Assembly: GCA_973895155.1 (NCBI GenBank)
Contig: OZ316898.1
Span: forward strand, 18,177,292-18,241,291
Source: Marsupella aquatica
Taxonomy: Eukaryota; Plantae; Marchantiophyta
Length of the DNA: 64,000 nucleotides
Reading direction: 5' to 3'
Shown here in pieces: positions 40,954 through 52,477 of this stretch. The notes beneath the pieces are model-generated. The model worked only from the letters and a program-made list of their open reading frames with translations. It had not been told where the DNA came from and did not search any database. The first letter of the stretch is position 1, and every line of letters begins with the position of its first letter. The position numbers and the translations under genes were made by a program.

Positions 40954-41763
40954 ATGGAAAGAGCCACAGCAAACACAGCAGACTACAGCTGCCCGATATG
41001 TACAGAAGAGATGGACTACACAGATCGCCATTTCAACCCGTGCCGGTGCGGTTACCAGGTGTGTGTGTGGTGCTGGCATCAAATAATGGAGGTGGCCAAG
41101 GCAGACAATATAGAGGGCCGATGTCCGGCGTGCCGCTCGCTTTATGATAAAGAGAAGGTCATCGGCACGTCATTACGCCCGAACAACATGATCGTCGGAA
41201 TGGCTCCCGCACCGAACACCAGGCCTAGATTTCATCAAAACTTTAAGGGTAAAGGTACACACAAATGCCGCAAGGATCTGAGTAACGTGCGGGTCGTGCA
41301 GCGGAACTTGGCCTGCGTTATGGGTCTTCCTCTCAGCGTGGCAGATGAAGAGACTCTTGAGAGGCGGAAGTTCTTTGGGCAATACGGACGGATTCTGAAG
41401 CTATCAATTTCTAAGGCCACGTTCAAGTCCACATGGCCGCGTCCAAGTGCTAGTGTGTTCGTCACATTCCGTAAAGTGGAGGACGCGTCGAAGTGCATTG
41501 AGGCTGTGGATGGCTGCCTTTTCGAAGGGGAGATGTTAAGAGCGTGCTTTGGAACCACCAAATATTGTAATTCTTGGCTAAAGAACATGCCCTGTAATAA
41601 TCCGGATTGCCTCTTTCTCCATGATATTGGCTTTCAAGAGGATAGTTTATCAGAAAATGATCCCCTCAAGAAGTGGGGCAGTAACCAGACTAGTGTGGTT
41701 CGGCAGCAGAAGCATGGGCTTCAAGGCAGCGTTTTGGTTGGCCTCCCACCTCCCTTGACTTGA
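40954..41763 (+). CDS. NOT4: Intronless NOT4/CNOT4-like E3 ligase (C4C4 RING + RRM + C3H1), 269 aa; probable retrocopy
   Basis: CPICTEEMD..PCRCGYQVCVWCW..GRCPACR; LSNVRVVQRNL..FGQYGRI; LRACFGTTKYC..CNNPDCLFLH; no introns. Confidence 0.85.
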   Translation: MERATANTADYSCPICTEEMDYTDRHFNPCRCGYQVCVWCWHQIMEVAKADNIEGRCPACRSLYDKEKVIGTSLRPNNMIVGMAPAPNTRPRFHQNFKGKGTHKCRKDLSNVRVVQRNLACVMGLPLSVADEETLERRKFFGQYGRILKLSISKATFKSTWPRPSASVFVTFRKVEDASKCIEAVDGCLFEGEMLRACFGTTKYCNSWLKNMPCNNPDCLFLHDIGFQEDSLSENDPLKKWGSNQTSVVRQQKHGLQGSVLVGLPPPLT

Positions 41764-44700
41764 TTTCGGCGCATCTCCGATCCAGGAAAAACATCTGCAA
41801 TGCGAAGTATCGGTGTTCCACCTAATTGCTGTATTTGGGCGGCTGATGAACTAGGTAGGGAGATTAAACAGGATCGAAGGGAGGGCGTGAGTGGTGGGCA
41901 CGGATGGATTTTCGCTTTTGGTCTAGCTCTACGACTGATGGTGGGATTCACCGAAGGTGTCAACTCTCTCAACTCTAGGGCACCAGCATAAAACCTTCTC
42001 TGGAGGCAGGTGCGCGGAGATGTACCATTTATCGATTACAGCTCTTCATCACAGGCTCGCAATAGTTTGCGTTATGGGATAGACAAATTCAACGTTGAAA
42101 GTTAACCTCTCGTCAACCAGAGAAAGTAGACGATGAAGGATACGTTATTTTCTTCTTCCATTAGTTTTACGTTGTCGAGGACGATGGCGTTCTTTTCTGT
42201 ATCAAAGCAGTCTCTGTGGAGGCTTTTTGAACTTCCGGGGTGAGGAACCTGTAGTATTCTTACTAAGTAGCGAAGAAATGTTTTGGAGAGATTTCAGAGA
42301 ACCCAATTGGAGCTACAAGAGATCAAGAAGATTAAGTCTACTTAATGAAGATCCGATTTGGAGTCCCATGCTTTGTATTGCCAGTCCTTTAGGTTGTGGG
42401 TTCTCTAAGAACATAAAAGTTCAGTCCTTTCTTCGCTCCCTGTCTTTCTGCCTCTTTTCTTTCCCCGTGGAATGTAAATTTAATATAATTTTTACATTTC
42501 GTGGTCGTCTCTCGCAAGTGTGCAGTTGCAACATGTTTTCGAACCCCTTGCTCTCTCTACAACTTTTTAATGACGCGTTTGCTTTCTTATTATAAACCTT
42601 GCTTCTTTGGTAGTTGGTCGATTGCTGGTGCTACGTCTTTGCCGCAATATCATAGTAGTTGCAGAGTGATCTTCCCGAAAGAAGGAACATCAATAATTGA
42701 AAAATCTGTTTAGAAATGTCGCTACCTGTTTTGAATTGTCTCGGGGGAAGCTTGTTTGTAGAATCTTCTTTGAAGCTTATGTTACGTTTATTCACTCCTC
42801 AAATTCCTTCCGACTCTTGAATCTGCAAAGCGTTGTTCATGACAGGCATCCCCATGCACTAGCCAGATTCTGAATTGTGGTACCTTTGGCACAGCTGCCC
42901 TAGCAATACAGGATAGGAATCAAGATTCTATTTTTGCAGTACGATTTTGGAGTTCATATCTCTTCAGATACTTTACAGGGTAATAACACCTCTGCCTCGC
43001 AGGAGGATCAGGGTTCCCTCTCTGCGTAAGTGGTCAAAACGTCTTAGTGCAGATATGCATGTCGTTGTGTGGCCTTTTCCTACTGCAATGAGCCTGAGTT
43101 TGAAGATCATTACGTCGACAAACATAATTGTTGTGCCATCCTGGATGACGTGCTATCGTCTAGCTCGTGGTTTAGGACCTGTGGGGCTTGGTTTATTGAT
43201 GATCTAACTGCTCGGTGCGCTGCTGTTATCTGGATATGCTTGATTATGTCAATTTTACTTATTTTTTGGTTAGGCAGAGGACCTGAAGACGAGAGGAGAA
43301 GGAAAATTTTCTGTTGGGGTACAAAGTGAGAGTAGGAGTTTCTGAACTGAATTGAGTTCTGGTGGTGAGGAGAAAGTGCAGCAGCGGAGGACTTCTTTCG
43401 TGTGGGATAGTGTGGACCTTGGTGCAAGGAAACTTTGGTGGAATTACGCAAGTGCGCTACACGTTTCCAGGAAAGTTTGACACTTATGAAGTCACGGGGT
43501 CCTCAATTCCCTGTCTTTACTTATGTGGTGAACTTTTGTTAACCTGATTTATTTCCATGATGAAGGGATGGGTGTGAATGTTGAAAGGGTATAAAAACAT
43601 CCCCACTGGCATCGCGTTCCAATTCTATTAAGTAAGTCCGTAGCACATTTGACAGGTCATGGCTTACCGTTTGTAGTGTCTGTAAATTTACTTCTGAGAG
43701 TGTAAAGTATGGTTGTGACATTTATCTGCACTTCTACCGGTCCCTGTTATGTGAGATATACTGTACCACCATCGAGTTGACGTCACTGGCTAGATCAATT
43801 GAACACAGCGAGAACCCTTTTCGTTGGTAGAGCGAAACGCTGCAGGGGAACCCGTGAAGAATGCTATTGGATCTTGTCTTTCAGGTGATGCCTTGAAAAA
43901 CTTAGTAATTTGATAACTCGGGGACGGTCGCTTGCAGATCTGGCGGGAAGATCAATGACCGTGGTTTCTCAATGAGAGTGGGTGGGAAGTGGCTACGATT
44001 TATATGTTGACTTGTTCTTCTAGATACTGTCACTGAGTTAACAGGAGAGGAATGGAAGTCAGGATTGCAAATCTATCTGCCGTTGGGGGATTAGCACCGC
44101 AGTTTGAGGGCTGCTTACATGTCTGTAGATCGTTTAGCTCACTTCTAGAAAATTCGAGTTTTCACACATGTCAGTCAGTCTCATTGTTTATCAGTGAGCA
44201 CCCAGTGTTGTGGCGTGGCGTCGACCTCCTAGTGATGTCGGTGGTGACAGAGCCAGTTGTCTAGCTCTCGGTCTGTGGAGCTCATGGGAACCACCATTTC
44301 TAGCCCCGTGATTGAAGTCGTCACTTGAATGATTTTATAAAAAGCAATCATTAGATTTTCCAATTACCTTCCGTTGTTACAGAGCTGAGATCTTTGAATG
44401 TGTATGGAACTCTAGCTTGATGCTAAGTAACATGTGATTGAATTGCTCTCATAAGATGTAGGCAGAGTGGACGAGGTACAATTTTACGGTGAACCAGAAA
44501 GGGGTGCATTGTTGTGATATGTAGGGGACTCGGTCAGGATTACGGTGGAAAAGGGAGGTTGTCCAGGAGTCAGGTGGAGGAGTTGGTGTTTTGTTATTGT
44601 TCACAGGAGTGGACAATCTAGGACAGTTTAACGCGCTGTTTCCTATCAGACGTGGATCTTTCCTGAGAATATCCCAACACCAAACGTCTTTCAGCATGGC

Positions 44701-45489
44701 AGTTAGTATGACACTTCCACGGTAGGTAATAAAGTTTTGAGTTTGAGATGATTGTCTACTGATGGGTGGATTTGTGGATTTTCTTTCGGTTTCAATTACA
44801 AAAACGTATTTAGTTTGAGTGGACACTCCAAAGCAGGGGTAGTAAATTACCTATGCAGGTCAGTCTGGTGCGCATTGGGAGCAGAGAAGCGCAGGGCTAA
44901 GTTTCTTGGGCCCTTGGCCTGTGAAGCGAAGGGGCAATCAGGAACCGTAGGCCTCTGGAAATACTCGCAACAGATGCAATTTGATGGGGAGTATCGTGCG
45001 TTCTGATACCGGGTAAGGAGACCTTGTGCACTAATGGACAATTTGCAACGTTTTTTTATTTTCCTCCCTATGCAAACAAACATCCAGTCTTCGTCAATTG
45101 TTCGTAAACAACTTGCAGCTAAATAATCTTAAAATTAGTCAGATGATTGTAAGTACCACTGACGACAACCACAGGCTGCACATAATTGGAGCCCCATGAC
45201 TGTGAATGACAGTTTGTGGAAGTGTAACAGGGTCGCTTCCGTTCATTTGGACTCTACCAAGAAGTTAGAAGCCTACCATACGCATGCGTTCTCCTAACTG
45301 AAACCAATATGGGGTCTACACGGGACACACTAAATGATTACCTCAGATGTTTCGTACGCATCCCACTTTTTCAATCCTCAATCCTTTGACATGATGACTG
45401 ATGTTATTGGTGGCACACTTCGTCCAGATCTCCAGTTTCGTGAAATGATTGAGCCAGTAGCTCTAGAGATTTTACTTTGCATTGGGATA

Positions 45490-45665
45490 ATTTATGACGC
45501 CAAGAGGAATTATTTATGACGCCAAGAGGAATCGTTAGTCCTGGCCAAAGTCGATGGTTAGCTGAAATTTTTTTATGACCCCAAGAGGAAATGTTAGTCC
45601 AGGCAAAGTCCAGAGTTAGCTCAGAATTTTTATTGACGCCCAGGGGAAATGTTAGCCCGGCAGTG
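45490..45665. repeat. Short tandem repeats (22 bp and about 60 bp)
   Basis: ttatgacgccaagaggaa-like motif x4, with gttagtcc..ggc(c)aaagtc. Confidence 0.7.
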
Positions 45666-45849
45666 TACGATGGTTTTGGATTTGATCATCTTGGCCCAGG
45701 TTCAAAAATCGAAGTGTTTGTGATAGTGGAGGGTGAGCATCGTTACTCTAGAGCCCTCACAACCTTGGGACGGTTCTGAAAATTCTTGTATGGTTGGCTT
45801 GCAATCCTTGTTCAACACCGATGTACACTGAATGCCACATTGACCAGGA

Positions 45850-46311
45850 GGATTGTCGGAAAACTCATTCATCTTACAACAAGGTCTCGTCAAATGGAAA
45901 TCTAACAGAACAACGACTGATACCATTTCTTCAACTAGCTTTCGAAGCCTTATCAGAAGGAACGAAGGAGTGGACGTTCAATTTGTTGGCGAAGGAATTG
46001 GGCTACGAGGTCCAGGAAACATAAAAGCTGTAACGTGACAATACAAGTGATTTGTGTCTTGCTCAAAACCACCGGGTATGCATGATCAAGCGGTACAGGA
46101 CAAGGTACAGAATGGAAACCTGGACCTCATTTATGTCGCTAGAGGTGAACAGATTGCTGACATACTGACCAAAGCAATTGAACGTGAGGAAGATTTCTCG
46201 AACTCATGGATAACCTTGGAATTGTGTCATTGTCTGATGTGAAGAAGCAATTGAACGTGAGGAAGATTTCTCGAACTCATGGATAACCTTGGAATTGTGT
46301 CTGATGTGAAG
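45850..46311 (+). mobile_element. Ty1/Copia RNase H remnant with a 73-bp tandem duplication
   Basis: DKVQNGNLDLIYVARGEQIADILTKA; aagcaattgaacgtgagg... at 46172 and 46245. Confidence 0.75.
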
Positions 46312-47738
46312 AATGAAGTTAAAAGAGAGTGGACTGTACTTATCAAGGGTTTGCACTGATGAAGTTGTAGTTGACGAAAAATATTCTAGGCCTGTTTTGC
46401 ACTTACAAAAGGTGCGAGAAAAGTGCAAACTCACTGTGGAAAAAGCGAACAGGAAGCCTTGTAGTTATCCAGGTTTTCACTTATGGAGTTTGCACTTAGA
46501 GGGAGCCGACTGTCGACGTTTTCTCCAAGCTCGATCGAAAGCTCGATCATCGATTTCTTCCCTCGCATCAGGAAATCTTCGCACTTCTTCCACGGCACGC
46601 CATATTTGCTCACGCAGAGTTCTAAATCCTCGGACCTCTCAATTGTAAGCAGCGTCGTTGCTCGATGAATGCACGATGAGCTCCTAGGAAAGAACTAGCG
46701 TGAAGAACTTCAATTTTCTGATAGATCGTCGCTCGATCTGTCCTGGGATCTATTCAACGGGGCGATCCTTTATTCGTGGGAACTCGAGAAGCCTTACTTG
46801 ATCAGGATGTCTCCTATAACTTGTTCACTTGCTCCATACCTGGTATGCTTGGTTCGCTACGACAGAGCATTGGAATCCTTAGGTGTCTTGCCGATAACCT
46901 CTCGGGCCCTATCCCTTCGACTCCTTGAAAGTGGGTAAGTTACAACACCTTAGAATAGTAGGCAACAATTCAGTGCACGCCTTCCGTGAGGGTGACATTT
47001 TTCCACCTTTGACAATTCGTCTATGTGGAATCCCGCTTTCCGGGTAATGCTCCATGTTCGAAACGTGGAACTTCACAAAGAGCGAGGACTCAAGTGGAAC
47101 GACTTTCGAGGACATTAATGTCTCAATTCCGGTCAATTCCGGCCAGGAGGTTTAGAACGGCATTGGAACGGCATTGGGTTCAGTTCGGTTTCTATGCTGC
47201 TAATTCTCAGCAGGTCCTCTCGGCTTGCACTCTTCCGGCTATTCAAATTATTCCGTGTCTACAACTACATCTATGATGTTCTCTGAGACACAAGCCTTGA
47301 CAACCGAGAGCCAAGACAGTGGCGTTGTACCAAAGTAGGTTTCTGGAGAACCATGAACCCCAGTTTGATAACAACAGAATGCAGTGTTTCCATTTGGTAA
47401 CCCAGGCTTTATGCTATCCAAGTGGCCACCTCATTTACTTATTCTGGTAACGTTCCTTCTTGAGCTAGCAGCAGCTACAGTCGGTGCATTATGGTAAACG
47501 ATTCTGGACATGTGGTGGCAGTAAATATTTACGATCGGAGTGAAACGAAAACTGCGCGTGCATCGGAAATATGGAGATTCGGAAATGCTGCAGACAGTGA
47601 AGGCTTGTCTTTTTCGACGAAGTATCGAGAAACAGAGAAATGATAGTGTCTTCTCTCCCCGGTTCCTGCAGCCACATTCTTGGTATCCTAGCGTTTCTTG
47701 TGATCCAGGATGCTCCAACTAAATCACAAGCCACTTGT

Positions 47739-50707
47739 CTACTTCTGAGGGGCTTTTAGCCAGCCCTGTTGTTGCAGACTTCTCACACAGTCTCTGATTT
47801 GAGATTCTACGGGGGTGAACTTTATTCCCAACTTTTTCTGTGCCTTCTCGGTGCTAAACGTGTAAGTGGGTTCATCGTGTGGTAGCTCATATCCAGGCCT
47901 AGGAACAACCAACAAAAACCAACAAACAGTCATTGGAATGATAAAAATACAAATACAAAAGCAATTCAAGGGGAATGGTAGCTATCAGCATATCAGTAAC
48001 AACGGTTGTGAAATCTCCAAAGGTTGTGTCTACCGAAAAGAACTAGTCAGACTCTGACAGCCTCGTTGCTATTAATTTCCTTCTTTAACTTCTTCTTGAT
48101 CGACGGAATTAAACATTACGTATTGGATATGAGCAACATGTGCATGTATCAAATTTAGTATGGGCTCTTCACGGTAATGCAATCCTTTATTGTCAAGTGG
48201 GACTTTTATTCGGTCAAACATTGGGTGGCCCCACCTAATACATGTATGGGTGGGGAATTTTGACATTCAAAATTAAAAAGACACTGAATACAACAATCCA
48301 GTCTTGGATTCTGAACGAGCAATGGCAACACATAAACATCGAAATAACGAGCAAAGGAATGGGAACTTACTCTGTGGGGACTGGATAGTCCGGATACATT
48401 TCACGTAAAATCCCAACAATGTCTTTGAAGTGATAAGAACGTTCAGTCAAGATATAGCGCCCTTCCGCTTCTGGATTTTCAAAAGCCAAGATGTGCGCTA
48501 GTGAAACATCTTTGACATCCACACAGCCAGCAGTAATATTTTTGTATGTCTTAGCAGCACCTGCACGAAATAAAAATGTCCCATTAGGAATCAAGAGATG
48601 TATATTGTGGCTTTATACACTAAAGACATTTATCATTTGACCTCATAGGATTGGATAGTTAGATAACAAGACAGCATCAATTCCCAGATTCAGAAATGCA
48701 GAGAGAGCTTCAACGTTGTTGTCAAGCATTGTAATATTTCCTTCCATGTTAACACATGGCCCACAAACTTCTCTCGGCTGATTCTGCAGCTCTTTCTCAA
48801 AGAAGGTGACCATTGAATGAGATTTCTTCACTGATCCGTGTCTACGTTGATTTAGTTACAATAACTGACGCGGGCGCATTCTAATACATGCCTGAAAGGA
48901 ACTCGAGGATCACTTCACTACTTCCGTTGAGCCTCGGCTGCAGCATCGTTCCGATCACTAATGTCGGATTCATCACTACCAAATCGAAATGCTTCTCGTT
49001 CTTCATAAAATCCCAGGCAGCTTTCTCAGCTAGGGTTTTAGACAACACATACCACAACTGTCGACGGCAACCAATCCACAAATTTTAGAATTCAGACATT
49101 GCACAACATGCCTTTCGTCATAAACGGACCATTAGTGAGAATGGGCAATGAACAAACATGACTACGAAGATTTTTATGGTCCTCAACTGTAAACGAAGGA
49201 GGATGCGACACTGGCAGGAGATAGGGAAATTACTTAATTAGAGAAGAATTCGGCACCTTGTTCTCTTTGCAGTATTCAGGATCGCTCCACCAGCTCTCGT
49301 CTATAACTGCACCTTCTTTGGGTCTCGTATTGTATCTAAAGGCAACGCCTGAGGACGTAAGGACAACACGCTTCACGCTCTTAGCTTTGGCAGCTGCTTC
49401 CAGCAGATTGATGGTTCCCTCCACCGCCGGATCTATGAGCTCCACCTGCAATGTAGTCAGTCCATACGGAATGTTAGTCCCATCCTGCAACGGATACAAC
49501 TGGATCCTAGCTTGCAATTTCGATTCCTAGTGAACCATTTCCACTTCAACTTACCTTCGATATTAGTCTTAGCCGATTTTACTTGCCTAGAACACTCGGT
49601 TCGGTGAATGTGTCCAGTATCTTTAAATCATCTTTCACTAATCAATCGAGATACAGTGGAGGCAATCAAACCGGCAACTACTATTGTAAAACTTCTTCCA
49701 ACCAAATGAAGTGAGAATGGTGCTTTCTTTCACATCAGAGACAGAGAAGATCCATAAAATCTTCAAGACTTCTTCACCCAATAAAATGAACAGATAGAAT
49801 TCATGCTATCACAGAGGAAGTAATTAGAAGATCCTTCACAACTTCACAACATTTTTCACCATAAAAAGTGACCCAATAGAATCGATACCTTGACAGAGGT
49901 CCGAATTGTACCAGCAGCTCCATCTTTGTAACTTGTTGTACCAGATCAAGCGAACACATAGATGGAATGATTTTGTGGAGAAGGCAATTCAATTAATTAT
50001 GACGAATTCAACCAAGGCAACGTCAAATTGGGATGCAAAACATGATTGAGGCATGTGGAAGTTTTTGAACCCCACGAAGGTGAATCGTTTGCATCGGTGC
50101 ATAGACTTTTGAAGAGCAGAATTTACAAGAGTCAACCTGCGGGTCCGTGGTTGTTTGCAAAACTGGCGATGCAGTATGGAAGACTCCATCAACTCCATCG
50201 ACAACGCTATCAAAGGAGCCTTCGTCAAGGAGATCCGCTTTGTGCAGGGTCAGCCTCTGTTTCGCCCCAGGCAGGGCCAACAAAAATCCTACCTTCGCAA
50301 TATGATCTATTCAAAAACACAATCCACCGCAAAGGTGGTCAGATGGATTCACAAAGACCAGTCCAAGACAGTTAAGTCACTTGATTGTCTCTCTGCACTG
50401 CCTTTCAGCTTAATATTACAACTGAAACCTCAAACGCGACCGGGAACGCGACCTGAGGCTAATTCGCCCAGAAATAATTGGCAATCTTCTACGTTGTGAA
50501 ATTACTGGATGGTTTCCCTCATGTGCTCCAAACCCTACCTCCAGCAGCAGGACCCGACGGCCTGCAGCTGCGAATTGAAAAAAAATCTGACTGACCTGGA
50601 TTCCGGACGGTGCCTCTGACATTGTAGCCACGCTCTAGCAGGTCCTTGATTATGAAAGAGGCGATGAAGCCATTCGCTCCCGTCACAGCCACCGTCTTCC
50701 GCGTCAT
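47739..50707 (-). CDS. CCR-like / phenylacetaldehyde-reductase-like NADPH-dependent extended SDR, copy A, 328 aa; exons 50707-50596, 50306-50137, 49445-49257, 49057-48892, 48560-48371, 47898-47739
   Basis: [10 protein letters not shown]; GVFHTASP; [10 protein letters not shown]; RVVLTSS; [10 protein letters not shown] (YxxxK); VDVKDV; 987 nt in frame using a GC donor for intron 4. Confidence 0.92.
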
Positions 50708-52477
50708 TCGATCTCTCTCCCTCTCTTTCTCTCGGTCTCTCTCTCAAAGAAAAACCTCTCTCTCTCTCTCTCTCCGTTAGCAGATCACAATTGCGCTCAA
50801 ATCGATCGTGAGCAAATGAAAGAGGGACAACGAGCACTAAATTAGAACTCGGGGCTGTGAATTCACTCTCATAGATGGCCACCTCAGCTCGGTGTGAAAT
50901 TCCGTAAAAACAAGCATTCAATTGGTGTCATCCGATTGCTGGGAATCGAGATACAACAAGTTTGAGAGACTGGTGAAAGACATTCAGAGTGTGTTTAGGT
51001 CTGAGCTCTCTTTATTTCCTTTCACGTGATTGAAATGAGTCCCGCGGTCAATCTAAACCCGAAGAAGTGGTCTGGGTCTGGGATTCTCTTGAGCTCAATC
51101 CAGCCATTTATTTAGACCACAAGTTATTGTACTTGTTGGATTAAAACTCCACTGTTTGATTGGCTCAGTCCAGCTGTTAACTTAGTCTGGTCTAGGTCTG
51201 AGCCAAGTGCCTCTCTACGATAGGATCTACCTAGAGCGTGTTTAGACAGGACTATCACCGACAATTGGACACACAGCAATTCAATTGAAGCATCAAGCAG
51301 GCCGGCGTAGAGTACAAAGCTTCGTCCTCAGTATTCTAGGTAGGCTTAAGGAGAATTTGACGTAAAGATTGTGCTGGCGGGGATTTCACGCACTCCGAAG
51401 CAGCAATCCATACCCTTAGGGTCATTAATATATTGTGGAATTTGATTTTCCTTAAATTAATGGGTGTCACTCGAATTTCACACGGAAAAGAAAAAACAGA
51501 GAGCAAGCTTGGAATTATTTCGTCTCTGACATATATGCTTGCTCTCTGTTTGCACTCTTCCGGCTATTCAAATTATTCCGTGTCTACAACTACATCTATG
51601 ATGTTTTCTGAGACAGAAGCTTTGACAGCCGAGAGCCAAAGTGGCGTTGTACCAAAGTACGTATCTGGCGAACCATGAACAGTAGTTTGATAACAAACGA
51701 ATGCAGTGTTTCCATTTGGTAAACCCAGGCTTTATGCTATCCAAGTGGCCACCTCAATTACTTATTCTGGTAACGTTCCTTCTTGAGCTAACAGCAGCTA
51801 CAGTCGGTGCATTATGGTAAACGACTCTGGACATTTGGTGGCAGGAAATATTTTCGTTCGGAGTGAAACGAAAACTAGGTGCGCGTGCATCGAAAATATG
51901 AAGATTCGGAAATGCTGCAGAAAGTGAAGGCTTGTCGATCTTTTCTCTCCGGTTTGGAGGGTTCTTGAATTGCATTTCAGCATTAAACAAATGTTCCTTC
52001 TGCAATATATTTATTTGCGTGCCGCAGTGAGTGTGAACCCAAAAGGCGCTCTGTTCTTGAACTGACTACCCATATCGACTCGTCAGTCATAGCACCCATT
52101 GCGAAGGAGAACTTCCTGGAGGTGGGTTAACATACGAAACAATTACCGCCGTTTACTTCCATCAGTCGTAAGAGTAGGCTTCAACTTTGTTTTCATGCAA
52201 TAGGAAGAGGCGCAGTACATTGCCAAGAACACCTGCCCAAGTCTCATGTCTCATAATCCACAAATCTAGTATCAAGTATTCACTTGCCACAAGTCCCGTG
52301 TTTGATAATCCACATACCTACATATCACGACAACATAATAACTAGAAGACTCATTACAAACCTCACCCGATATCTACATATGATAGCGATAAATTGTAAT
52401 CTTCCTCTAGTCACATTCTTGGTATCCTAGCGTTTCTTGTGATCCAGGCATCTCCAACTAAATCACAAGCTACTTGT

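Noticed and set aside
40078-41082. 334-aa minus-strand ORF
   Set aside because: Low-complexity antisense shadow of the NOT4-like leader and CDS; no domain.
46430-47140. Short minus-strand ORF pieces, possible pseudogene
   Set aside because: No recognisable family; multiple stops.
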